A DNA stretch of 63,093 nt, filler included, from Myxococcota bacterium (GCA_023150835.1; 3 parts of 3 records of this genome joined end to end with filler, not necessarily neighbours in it); one strand, 5' to 3'; positions 49,643-59,190 are shown, counted from the first letter of the whole stretch. The notes: a model not told the origin generated them from the sequence alone. Numbers and translations: made by a program.

Positions 49643-51469
49643 TCAGGCACGCGGCAACATCTCTTCCAAGGTAGAACAAAACAGCCGCAGCGTTTCGCCG
49701 AGATCGGCTTGGGTATCGCGCTGTGCGCGAGGGGACATCATCTGCGCGAGGGCTTTGAGCATCCGCAGCGCGTGTGTGCGTTGCGGGAGAGGTAGCGCGT
49801 GGATGGATTGGATCAAAGAAGAATTGAGATTGATATAGAGACGATGGAGATGTTCCTCTTTGACCTTTTGCGTAAACTTGCGTGCGAGAGAAAGCACCCC
49901 CGAAGCGATCCGTTTGTCGGCTTCGTCGTCTTCGATCCTGCGTTTCAGGGCGACTTCTTGGTTGGTGACAAGCAACACGGGAAGACTGTCTGGCAAAAAG
50001 CGCGCAAAACAGAGCGTGGTGTCGTTTTGTGCGAGTACTTCGGCAAAGATCGCCCGCATCGTCGCCGAGACTTCTTCGACCGCAAAGACGGCTTCTTCGC
50101 CGCGCCGTGTACCAAGCTCGATCAAGTCCAATCCACGGACTTCGCAAACGCGCTGCACAAAAGGCCGCGCCGCATAACGCCACCCTTGCACAATAGGCCG
50201 CGACAAAGCCCGAAACAGGACTTCTTCGTAGCCTGCTTGTTGGCTTGTCGAGACGTAGATCTTGCCTTGGCTGTGTTTGCGCAGCATCGGCAAGGTCATC
50301 TCGCCTTCGGATGTAGGGAGAGTCAGCTCGTCTTGCAACAGCAGAAACAGGCGCTCATCACACAGCGCCGCCCCAAGCAGCGCTTCGTTATGCCGCATCA
50401 AGATCCGCCGCCATGCCTCGGGTTCACGGGTCGCGATCTGCGACAGCCCCGCGATCAACGTCTCTTGGATCATCGCCGCAAGCTTTTCAAAGACTTCGTC
50501 TTCTTGGATATCTTCGCGGCTCGCTGTCGGCGTCAACTGGTTGCACTCGATCACTCCACCCACAAACCCCGCCCAACGCGGCAAAAGCTCACGCGAATCT
50601 TCTGTGATCAACATCCCCCGAACAAACAACACCACACGCCGATTGTCCGAACTTCCGTAGGTGGCCCCATCTTGTACCCACAACACCCCATGCGCAACCG
50701 CCTCCTCTCGGGGGGAAACCGAGATCGTCGCAAGCGGCTCAAAATTCGGCTCAAAACGCTTGGCAAATTCCATCTCCAGACGCTTGACACGAAGCGCCGA
50801 GAGCGTGTCCTCTTCCAATCGCCACGGCGGACGCACACCATTGATCCGATGCGGCGCGTGGATCGGGATCGTCAGCAAACAACAATAACGCTCCAACACA
50901 ACAGCCACCGCCTCAAGCCGCGCCAACGTCGCAAAACGCGGACGCAAGTGCAGCACAACACGCGTCCCCACCTCTTCGTTCTCGGCGGCCTCAACGGTAT
51001 AACGCTGCCCGTTGCGACTGGAAAAATGCCACGTCCGATCAGGCGTCTGAAACGATGTCGTCCAGACATCCACCCGTTCCGCGATCACATACGCCGACAA
51101 AAAGCCCAACCCAAACGCACCGATCAACTCTTCGCGCTGGCTTCCTTGGCGAAGTAAGCGCGTGTACCCCGCTCCCACCGTCGCAAGATAACGGTGGATC
51201 TCGTCTTCCGTCAGACCCGCCCCACGATCTTGGATCGTCAAACAAGACCGTGTGGTCGAAGCACTCACATCGATCCGTAAAGCTTCTTCTTGGCACGCAG
51301 GATCTTCGATCTTGCGCCGAAAACACGAATCATGGGCATTTTGAATCAATTCTCGCACCGCCACAAACGGCGTCGAATACAGATTCTTGCCCAAAACCTC
51401 CATCAGGCCGTCCATATCCACGTTGGCGCGTTGCATCTGCGCAGATGCCGATAGTTCGCGTTCTGTCAT
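49643..51469 (-). CDS. HSP90/HtpG-like GHKL ATPase
   Basis: RELIQNAHD, DRGAG, IGAFGLGFLS, PTASRE, LYIN. Confidence 0.9.
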   Translation of the reverse strand: MTERELSASAQMQRANVDMDGLMEVLGKNLYSTPFVAVRELIQNAHDSCFRRKIEDPACQEEALRIDVSASTTRSCLTIQDRGAGLTEDEIHRYLATVGAGYTRLLRQGSQREELIGAFGLGFLSAYVIAERVDVWTTSFQTPDRTWHFSSRNGQRYTVEAAENEEVGTRVVLHLRPRFATLARLEAVAVVLERYCCLLTIPIHAPHRINGVRPPWRLEEDTLSALRVKRLEMEFAKRFEPNFEPLATISVSPREEAVAHGVLWVQDGATYGSSDNRRVVLFVRGMLITEDSRELLPRWAGFVGGVIECNQLTPTASREDIQEDEVFEKLAAMIQETLIAGLSQIATREPEAWRRILMRHNEALLGAALCDERLFLLLQDELTLPTSEGEMTLPMLRKHSQGKIYVSTSQQAGYEEVLFRALSRPIVQGWRYAARPFVQRVCEVRGLDLIELGTRRGEEAVFAVEEVSATMRAIFAEVLAQNDTTLCFARFLPDSLPVLLVTNQEVALKRRIEDDEADKRIASGVLSLARKFTQKVKEEHLHRLYINLNSSLIQSIHALPLPQRTHALRMLKALAQMMSPRAQRDTQADLGETLRLFCSTLEEMLPRA

Positions 51470-51559
51470 CTCTCATCCCTCCGGTTTCGTGTAAGGCGCT
51501 TTTGGATGTAGGGCACTTTTGGATGTAGGGCACTTTTGGGGCTAGGGGGCTTTTGGGGC

Positions 51560-51788
51560 TGGGGCGCTGCCCCATACGCGCCTTGTTAAGGTGGAAACAC
51601 CGGATAGTCTAGCCTGATCGCCGTTTCTTTTGTCGCCCCCCCTCAATCCCCCCGGCCAACGGGGGGAAGTTGGAACGGGCAGCGTCTGCGCGTCGTGCAT
51701 ACAGCGTGTGTCATGAAAAAACAAAATCCCCGCTGCTTCCGACTTTCGCTCCCTCCCCTGTTCACGGGGGAGGGCTGGGGTGGGGGGG
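51560..51788 (-). mobile_element. Second copy of MITE-like element (truncated near gap)
   Basis: Reverse complement of ~44360-44547 with a variable internal segment; includes ccctcccctgttcacgggggaggg palindrome. Confidence 0.7.
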
Positions 51789-51797
51789 CCAACAAGC

Positions 51798-51897
51798 NNN
51801 NNNNNNNNNNNNNNNNNNNNNNNNNNNNNNNNNNNNNNNNNTTAATTAATTAANNNNNNNNNNNNNNNNNNNNNNNNNNNNNNNNNNNNNNNNNNNN
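51798..51897. other. Assembly gap / contig linker
   Basis: N-run with central TTAATTAATTAA. Confidence 0.98.
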
Positions 51898-51977
51898 GAG
51901 GGGGCTTGTGTTATGCGGAGGGGGGGGCTTGCGTTATGCGGAGGGGGGATTGTGTTATGTGGAGGAGGGCTTATGTT
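51898..51977. repeat. ~21-22-bp tandem repeat at contig edge
   Basis: gagggg(g)gcttg(t/c)gttatgcg x~4. Confidence 0.75.
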
Positions 51978-52212
51978 CGCTGCACCAGTCGAGACCGCAG
52001 TGATCACTTTGTGGCATGGGGAGGGCGGAAGCTGGGGCAGGATCCGAAGCAAAAGAGGCGACACGAGACGGTGTTGAAAAAGTGGACAGCAGCTTGCTCA
52101 CATCCTCGGAGCCACAAAACGGGCAAAGGATCTCCGCCATCAGATCACGCGAAGAGAGCAACTGCTCAAAACGCCGTCCACAGGCCGCGCAACCATACTC
52201 GAACAAAGGCAT
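51955..52212 (-). CDS. FmdB family zinc-ribbon protein
   Basis: MPLFEY.C..CG..FE...CP.CGS. Confidence 0.88.
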   Translation of the reverse strand: MPLFEYGCAACGRRFEQLLSSRDLMAEILCPFCGSEDVSKLLSTFSTPSRVASFASDPAPASALPMPQSDHCGLDWCSEHKPSST

Positions 52213-52281
52213 ACGAACCTCTCGGTTTGTCTGTTGTTTCTTTGCAAACGGCTTGTTTCTTGTGGGTTTGTTGGGGGTGGT

Positions 52282-53271
52282 TTATTGGAACAAAGAACCT
52301 TGGCCGACGTTCACTGTTTGGGGTTTGGGAACCACGATCGCCACCACCACGCCACCCGCCACAACGACCCCGATGGTGATCCAAAACCAAGCTTGTTTGT
52401 AAATAGGGGGGCCTTCTTTTACAACCTTGCGGCGCGTGACGCCGAGGTCATCGTCTTTGGCTCCGATGGTGTTGCTTGCGGCGACTTTGGTTTCGCTGTC
52501 TTTTTTCTCGTTGGGATCGTCTTCAAACACAACGCCCCGACGTGCGGGCGGTTCCGTCTCTGTTGGAGCTGCCACTGGCTCGCCGCTGCCCGTGTTGGCG
52601 GGGTTGGGGTCCGAGCCGGGCGCATCGCCGATCGGTGGAGGGGGCGCGACGTCTACGTTTTCAGGACGCGAGATCGGGTCGTCCCCTTTGACCAATTGAA
52701 CGTCTTTGTTGATCCGCTGCCCCGGGCGAAGATCGAAGTCAAGGTACACAGTTTTGTGTTCGTAAAGACTAACTTTATAACGATAACGCCCCGGCATCAA
52801 ACGCTTTTTCCACGTCGTTTCGCCGATCTTCGTTTCGCCTTGGGTGGTGATCTGGATCACTCGCGCTTTCGGTGGCGTCGAAGCGATCGACAGATAACAC
52901 ATATAACGCCGATCCAACGTCGCATACCAAGAAGCCGCTGCCTTGGTCACATCCGCCTTTTCGCAACGGCTACCATGCGCTGCTTGATAATACCGCTGCA
53001 TCGCTTGGTAGGGGCGGTTCATCTTGTAAAGCATCTGCCCTTGGTACTGCAAAAAGGTCGCACGTCGACAGTTAAAACGCGGCAGGCGCGGCACATAGCT
53101 GTGTGCCGCCTCAAACGCTTTTAACGCCTTCGAGTATTCTTTCGCTCGTGCGTGGCTTTGCCCCTTCAAATAAGCATCTACCGCTTTTTGGATCTTGCTT
53201 GCCTTGGCTGTTTGAGGTTGCGCACACAGCGCCAACGCCAACAGCCATCCCATCGCTCTCATCCAACGCAT
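52282..53271 (-). CDS. PEGA-domain protein with TPR-like N-terminus and C-terminal TM
   Basis: Signal peptide, STPPKA.V..IGET...L.PG.Y, PIYKQAWFW TM. Confidence 0.75.
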   Translation of the reverse strand: MRWMRAMGWLLALALCAQPQTAKASKIQKAVDAYLKGQSHARAKEYSKALKAFEAAHSYVPRLPRFNCRRATFLQYQGQMLYKMNRPYQAMQRYYQAAHGSRCEKADVTKAAASWYATLDRRYMCYLSIASTPPKARVIQITTQGETKIGETTWKKRLMPGRYRYKVSLYEHKTVYLDFDLRPGQRINKDVQLVKGDDPISRPENVDVAPPPPIGDAPGSDPNPANTGSGEPVAAPTETEPPARRGVVFEDDPNEKKDSETKVAASNTIGAKDDDLGVTRRKVVKEGPPIYKQAWFWITIGVVVAGGVVVAIVVPKPQTVNVGQGSLFQ

Positions 53272-53526
53272 CTTTTGTTTCTCCTTTGCCTTTCCCTGCG
53301 TGTCCTCGCGGGGTATCTCGCATGCTTCGCATACATCGGGATCTTCCGCCCCCAAAAGAGGCTTCTCCGACAAGGACTTCCAAACCTACACCAATCTTTT
53401 TTGATCGTCGAGAGGCCGAACCTGTTCTCAAATCTCACTCACGCTCAACCTCCAACGCCACGCAAACGCTCTCACCCCCCCTCACCTTACACCCCCCTTT
53501 TCGCAACATCCCCGCCTTGCTCGATC

Positions 53527-54474
53527 TCATTTGGGCGGTGTATAGGCAACCACCGCATTTTCTGCACAGCGTGGCCCGTCTTTCAAACGGAAGGTTCGCT
53601 TGTTGTCGCAGAGATCGCACAACAGTTCCTTGCTACCTGTCTTGATCGACTTTCCATCATTCGCATCGTTGCAACCTGCCGCCACTTCGGACACTTTGCG
53701 CCACTGCAAAGCGGCGGGTTCTGCGACCGTTCCTGCGCACAAGTAAGCTTCGTTGCCTTTGTCCAACAAGCACTTGATATCTTTCGTGCTTGCATCGCAT
53801 CCCGCTGTCTTGGCGTCCACGGTGGGGACATACAAGCAGCTTTGTCCAAGCACCGAGCCACAAGCCCCCGCATCATCAACGCCTTTGCCTGTTCCATCGT
53901 CGTTGCAATCGTCATCACGCCCGTTGCATTGCTCGCGATAACACAACCTACAAGTGCCGTTGTCTCCTCCCATACTGGCCCCTTGAATCCGCCAAGCCAA
54001 CACGCACTTCGCGTTGGCTCCGACTTTGGATACACAGCTCTCTAAACCCCGTTGCAGGTAGCCTTTGCAGTCGATACTATCGGGACTTTCCTTGGACAAG
54101 AAGAAGTACACATCGAACTTATCCACCCCCGCAGCCACCGACGCAGAGACCGAAGCATCGCTAAATGTCCCGCCCGCATCGCGCACAAGATACTTTCCAT
54201 CCGGATTGTACTGCACAACGTAGGTCGGTGGATCACCCGCTTGGCCGCTCCAACGCAAGCCCACACATCCGTATTCTTTTCCACCTTGAAACAGCTTGTA
54301 AGGCCCATCAGGTGTCGGGATCTGTAAAGCAGCACCAAAGATCGCTTTTGGGCTTTGCGCCGCATCGCTGCAAACAATCGGTGTCGTCCTTCCTCCACAA
54401 GCCCCCGCCAACAACCAGCCCATCCCCAAACATCCCAACGCTACCGCTCGCACAAAACGCCAAGATCGCAACAT
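53527..54474 (-). CDS. Cys-rich lipoprotein with putative metal-binding motif
   Basis: Lipobox LAGAC; EQCNGRDDDCN motif. Confidence 0.65.
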   Translation of the reverse strand: MLRSWRFVRAVALGCLGMGWLLAGACGGRTTPIVCSDAAQSPKAIFGAALQIPTPDGPYKLFQGGKEYGCVGLRWSGQAGDPPTYVVQYNPDGKYLVRDAGGTFSDASVSASVAAGVDKFDVYFFLSKESPDSIDCKGYLQRGLESCVSKVGANAKCVLAWRIQGASMGGDNGTCRLCYREQCNGRDDDCNDDGTGKGVDDAGACGSVLGQSCLYVPTVDAKTAGCDASTKDIKCLLDKGNEAYLCAGTVAEPAALQWRKVSEVAAGCNDANDGKSIKTGSKELLCDLCDNKRTFRLKDGPRCAENAVVAYTPPK

Positions 54475-54533
54475 CACAAAACACCTCTCTATACCATCAT
54501 GGGTCACCTGCCCACACTCTCCCACAGACAGGC

Positions 54534-54854
54534 TCAATTTTCCTCGGGCCTCACAAACACAAACCCACCACCGTACTGATTGTCAATAAAATCCAACGTC
54601 GTCCCTTCCAAATAAGGAATCGAACTCTTGTCCAAGATCACACGCAAACCGCCTTGTGTCGAGACATGATCGCTCGGTTTGACCTTGCTCTCAAACGCCA
54701 GATCATAACGGTAACCGTTCCCTGCATCGATCAACAAGATCCGCACTCCGCTCTCTTTGGCGACGAGTTCCCGATCGATCGCCGTTTTCACTTGCTCAAC
54801 AGCTCGCTGTGTCAACCGAACAGGCGCACTCTCGCTTTTTTGTGGCTTTGCCAT
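54534..54854 (-). CDS. HesB/IscA-fold protein lacking cysteines
   Basis: VRLT.RA, Y.Y.L.F, GLRVILD..S.PYL.GTTLDF, GGF.F. Confidence 0.8.
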   Translation of the reverse strand: MAKPQKSESAPVRLTQRAVEQVKTAIDRELVAKESGVRILLIDAGNGYRYDLAFESKVKPSDHVSTQGGLRVILDKSSIPYLEGTTLDFIDNQYGGGFVFVRPEEN

Positions 54855-54950
54855 AACGACTTCTTCACCTCATTTTTCTACATCCATGCACAAAAAAAGT
54901 GGCCGCATCCTAGTCCATCGCCAATCCCTTGTCAACGTATCCACCCATCC

Positions 54951-55172
54951 AAGCCCATACACCGAGCCTCACAACCACCGACATAAGCCCATACACCGAG
55001 CCTCGCCAACCACCGACATAAGCCCATACACCGAGCCTCACAACCACCGACATAAGCCCATACACCGAGCCTCACAACCACCGACATAAGCCTATCCATC
55101 GGATCTCGCCAACCACCGACATAAGCCTATCCATCGGACCTCGCCAACCACCGGCACAAGCCCATACACCGA
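54951..55172. repeat. 34/35-bp intergenic tandem repeat (~6.5 copies)
   Basis: aagcccatacaccgagcctc(a/gc)caaccaccgacat starting at 54951, 54985, 55020, 55054, 55088, 55123 and 55158. Confidence 0.9.
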
Positions 55173-55398
55173 ACGATACCCCCCCTCGATCCAAGCCCAT
55201 CTACCGACCCAAACGAACGCCCATCCAAGCCCATCTACCGACCCAAACAACCACCCGTTGCAAACCACCACAAGCGGCCTCTTGCCTTTTTGGGGTGGGT
55301 TGTGATTGATAGCGCCCACCAAACCTCACCACCCGCGCAGAGGACCGATCTTTGCCCGACCACAGACGGTCCCCGCCCCAAGCCCAAAAGGATCCCCG

Positions 55399-57549
55399 AT
55401 GAGTACAAGGTACAAGATCGACGAACGTACGGCGGTCAACGAACTGAGTCATATCCGCGCATCTGCCATCACCTTGAGTTGCGCCCGCAACATCGCCCAC
55501 AACCCAACGATGGACGAACTCTACGAGATGTCCTGCAACCAAGACAGCGCGATCATCACGGATGTACCGATGGCAGATCCCGCCTACGCAGGACTCAGCC
55601 CACAACACAACCGCGTGATCGTCTCTTATAGCGGCCAAGATACGGGCCGTTCATCTTGGGCGCGCTTGATCTGCCCACAGCCTGAAGAGATCCAACGACA
55701 CCCCGAACTTCTCGATACACGCGACCGCATCGAGCGCCTTGTGCGCGAAATGAACATCCAATTGATGCAAAAACAAACCCTCGTTCATACCGAAGTCTTC
55801 TTTGGGAAAAACCATTCTTTCATGGGCAAGATCCACATGATCGTCCCCAAAGAGTACGCCAAACTCGCTCTTGACCTCGGACTCAACTTTATCCGCGTCA
55901 CCCCCGAATCGCAAAAGATCTACGACGCCTCCGATGTCCTCAAAATACCCGACCTTTGGCTTGTCTGCCACCCCGAATGGCTCAACCCAAGCTGGCAAGC
56001 ATGGCGCAACCGCGTCACCCCCGCCAACCAAGAACAGATCGCCAAAGATCCCGAACCCAAGCGCTTAATGATGGTCTTCGATATCGCCTATTATACGGCG
56101 TATCTGCTCGGCGCTCGCTACTTCGGCGAAGTCAAAAAAGCCTGCCTCACCATGATCTGGGACGCCGCCATCAAAAGCGGTATCGGAATGCCCATACACG
56201 GCAGTTCCAAAACGCTCTTCGTCATCCCCCAAAACGCCCCAACCACCGCTCCTTCGTCGATTGACCAAAACACCCCAACCACCGCTCCCTCGCCGATTGA
56301 CCAAAACACCCCAACCACCGCTCCCTCGCCGATTGGCCAAAACACCCCAACCACCGCTCCCTCGCCGATTGGCCAAAACACCCCAACCACCGCTCCCTCA
56401 TCGATCGACCAAAACACCCCAACCACCGCTCCCTCGTCGATTGACCAAACAGCCCAAACCACCGCACTTTCCAAGCCACAAGCCGTCACGTTCATCACCA
56501 TCGGCTTGTCTGGCTCGGGCAAGTCCACCATCGGAAACGATCCCCACCACGCCTTCCTCGATCCCCAAAAAGGCGAGTACTCCCGTATCGGCAACGATGA
56601 TGCCCTTGTGATCCTTTACGATAAGAACCTGCGCGATCATGGAACCGTCGGACTCGAAGACGGATGCTACAACAAATCCAACGACTACACTCCCGATTCG
56701 ATGTATCTTCGCACCGTACAATCGGCTGAAAACGTCATGGTCTTTCGCAACGATCAAGGAAAGCTCGATATCTTGCACCAAGATATCCTCAACGGGAATG
56801 GTCGTGTCCAAACCGCACGCCACCTCTTGTCGGGCGCGGACAGCGATCTCAATACACCCCACCCTGATTACCTTTGCTTGCTGATGAAAGACGAAACCCT
56901 CCCTCCCGTCGTGCGCATCACCAATTCTCAACTGATGGTTTCGATGTATATGTGCCTCGCAAGCCGCTCCACTTCCGCAGAAAATCTTCCCGTCGAACAG
57001 ATGGGCAAACTGCGCATGATCCCGGGCGCAAACCCCTTCAACACATGGGGCATGCAACAAGAAGCCGAATCGCTCGAAAAACTCGTACAACACCTTGGCT
57101 GCCAAGGTATCGTGATGAACACGGGCAGTTTCTTCATCAACGCCAACAAACAACGTGCTGGACAACTTCGCAAAGTCACCAAAGAGATCTCTCTCTCTAT
57201 CTATCCGATGCTTGCGCAAAACAAGATCCGATGGATCGATTGGCCCTACTTCCCCGGTACGCAGATCCCCGCACCCGGCTGCTTTGAAAGCCTCTTCCCC
57301 CTCTTCGATCAGTACTTTCACCCCCTGCGCGTCGAAGACGAACAAGTCTTTTGCGAACTCCTACGCAACCGCCTTCTCGAACGACTTGACTTTCTCCTTA
57401 GCATCAAGATCGATCGCCGTTTTATCTTACCCATCCGAAAAGCCATCATCGAACTCGATTCCTACGAACTCAGCACTCGCGGACCCACCGCACACGTCGA
57501 AAACATCGAAACCTTGCTCGGCACAGGACGAGACAAATCCTCCCTCTAA
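55399..57549 (+). CDS. Phosphoenolpyruvate carboxykinase (ATP)-like protein
   Basis: DTGRS, YFGEVKK, HGSSK, GLSGSGKST, NDD, NGR, ANPF, NTG. Confidence 0.78.
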   Translation: MSTRYKIDERTAVNELSHIRASAITLSCARNIAHNPTMDELYEMSCNQDSAIITDVPMADPAYAGLSPQHNRVIVSYSGQDTGRSSWARLICPQPEEIQRHPELLDTRDRIERLVREMNIQLMQKQTLVHTEVFFGKNHSFMGKIHMIVPKEYAKLALDLGLNFIRVTPESQKIYDASDVLKIPDLWLVCHPEWLNPSWQAWRNRVTPANQEQIAKDPEPKRLMMVFDIAYYTAYLLGARYFGEVKKACLTMIWDAAIKSGIGMPIHGSSKTLFVIPQNAPTTAPSSIDQNTPTTAPSPIDQNTPTTAPSPIGQNTPTTAPSPIGQNTPTTAPSSIDQNTPTTAPSSIDQTAQTTALSKPQAVTFITIGLSGSGKSTIGNDPHHAFLDPQKGEYSRIGNDDALVILYDKNLRDHGTVGLEDGCYNKSNDYTPDSMYLRTVQSAENVMVFRNDQGKLDILHQDILNGNGRVQTARHLLSGADSDLNTPHPDYLCLLMKDETLPPVVRITNSQLMVSMYMCLASRSTSAENLPVEQMGKLRMIPGANPFNTWGMQQEAESLEKLVQHLGCQGIVMNTGSFFINANKQRAGQLRKVTKEISLSIYPMLAQNKIRWIDWPYFPGTQIPAPGCFESLFPLFDQYFHPLRVEDEQVFCELLRNRLLERLDFLLSIKIDRRFILPIRKAIIELDSYELSTRGPTAHVENIETLLGTGRDKSSL
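56230..56466 (+). repeat. In-frame 36-bp (12-aa) tandem repeat x6 plus partial
   Basis: QN(T/A)PTTAPS(S/P)I(D/G) repeated. Confidence 0.92.
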
Positions 57550-57571
57550 ACTCATGTTGCGCAATGGTTTT

Positions 57572-57687
57572 GTGGGATTCTACCCCACACCCCGCAAGGG
57601 CGCACAGCTCCCTTGACCCTGTATTGGCGAAAAGATCACTGCTTTTCAAACCAACAACGCTCTCGCTTGAAGACCGCGAACACGGGG
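57572..57687 (+). repeat. Dispersed ~120-nt three-hairpin repeat, copy 6
   Basis: gtgggattctaccccac accccg caagggcgcacagctcccttg accctgtattggcg...ttttcaaa...cgcttgaa...cgcgaacacgggg. Confidence 0.88.
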
Positions 57688-57717
57688 TTTTTGCGACTGC
57701 ACCGCTCCTCTCTACCT

Positions 57718-59058
57718 TCAAAGCCAGTTGCGCTTTCGACGGATCGCCCACAGTCCAAACAATCCAAACGCCCACAACAAGGCGACTTGCGAAAGAGAAG
57801 ACGCCCCAATCGACGGATCCCAACGGATCGTTTGCTGTTGTTCGAATCGCCGTTCGTAGGGCTTGAACGTTCCCAAATGCCGATTCATCGGCATAACCGC
57901 AGCAATCAAAACGCCCGAAAATACAGCCCCCACCGCAGACGCAAGCACGCGCCCCGTAATATCGCTCTGATCGACACTTTCCGAACCGATCTCGATATCG
58001 GGAAGCGCACCCGCACCTTGAAGACGCACACGCAACCGCGTCAACACCGAATAACCGCTCTCCGCCATCGACACGATCTCTTGGAACTCTTGGCAAAACG
58101 CATAATTCGGATCGTCATCGGGGATCTCTCTCGGGCACAGCTTGAGCAGATCTTGCTTGAATTCGGGAACAAATAAACCCGCTTGCGCGGCCTTGGTTTG
58201 CTCTCGAAGCGCCCCCTCGTAACTCCCCTTCCCTTCGGCATCAAACTGTTGCCGCACCACCCGCCCGATCTCTTCGAGCGACTTCTCTGTAAAGGCTTTG
58301 TTTGTAATCGCGTATCGCGCCCTTCCGATCGTCCAAAACACCACAGGAACATCCCCATCGTGCGGACTCAAAGACAGCCGATGCGTCCAGTCTTGATACG
58401 TCGGGCGAGGCAGCCGCACCAACAACGGCTCCACCGCTTGGATCTCCGACTTGCCGCTGGTCCTCAAACGAGCAAAGATCCATTGCGTGCGCTGCTGTGC
58501 GGAGATCGCCTTGAGTTGGGCTTCTTGGGAAGAAGACAGCGCAAAGCCCTGTTGTTGGAGCCACCCCAACATCTGCGCCAACGGCTCCACTTTGCCATCG
58601 CTACTGTACGACACATCCGCCGGTTGCAACGAAAGCTTCGGCGCATCGAACAATTGCCCTAAAGAGATCGGTGCGTTTTCAGGCGCAGTGATCGAATGGG
58701 CGCTTGGCCGCCCGCATCCCGTCCGCTGGTTGATGCTGTTGAGCTCGATAATCGGGGCTGTTAGCTTTTCAAGGCTTTTCATCCGATCTGTGCTGCTAAT
58801 CAAAACGCCCAATCCTTTGGTATCTTCAAGCGGGATCGGAAGCATCCAAGCCACCTCCGTATCGTCGCTTTGCACCGCCACTTGCACATGCAACGCCAGT
58901 TGATCGCGTGTAAAGTGCGACAACACCCGCATCCCACGCACTCGCACTTGACGCTGTGGGTCTTTCGTGATCCAAAGCCCCGCTGCCTCCGCTTGAACAC
59001 TCCATCCCACCCAAACCAACACACTCCACACACCATACTTCCAGCCCAAAGACCGCAT
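57718..59058 (-). CDS. DUF2330-like exported protein
   Basis: Signal peptide, AWMLPIP, L..LTAP, WL...GF, LTRL, C-terminal TM plus basic tail. Confidence 0.65.
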   Translation of the reverse strand: MRSLGWKYGVWSVLVWVGWSVQAEAAGLWITKDPQRQVRVRGMRVLSHFTRDQLALHVQVAVQSDDTEVAWMLPIPLEDTKGLGVLISSTDRMKSLEKLTAPIIELNSINQRTGCGRPSAHSITAPENAPISLGQLFDAPKLSLQPADVSYSSDGKVEPLAQMLGWLQQQGFALSSSQEAQLKAISAQQRTQWIFARLRTSGKSEIQAVEPLLVRLPRPTYQDWTHRLSLSPHDGDVPVVFWTIGRARYAITNKAFTEKSLEEIGRVVRQQFDAEGKGSYEGALREQTKAAQAGLFVPEFKQDLLKLCPREIPDDDPNYAFCQEFQEIVSMAESGYSVLTRLRVRLQGAGALPDIEIGSESVDQSDITGRVLASAVGAVFSGVLIAAVMPMNRHLGTFKPYERRFEQQQTIRWDPSIGASSLSQVALLWAFGLFGLWAIRRKRNWL

Positions 59059-59190
59059 CTCAAAAACCTCCCGAAAAACCCACCTCTACACCAACAAAAC
59101 CCAACCCTCGACCCTCCGCCATCGTTGCCCACGCAACCACCCGCTTGTCAAGGCATCCCAAAACATAGAGAGCCTCGCAGCCTCGCAACG

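Noticed and set aside
54951-55172. Possible CRISPR array
   Set aside because: 34/35-bp units abut directly; variation is point-like, not spacer-like
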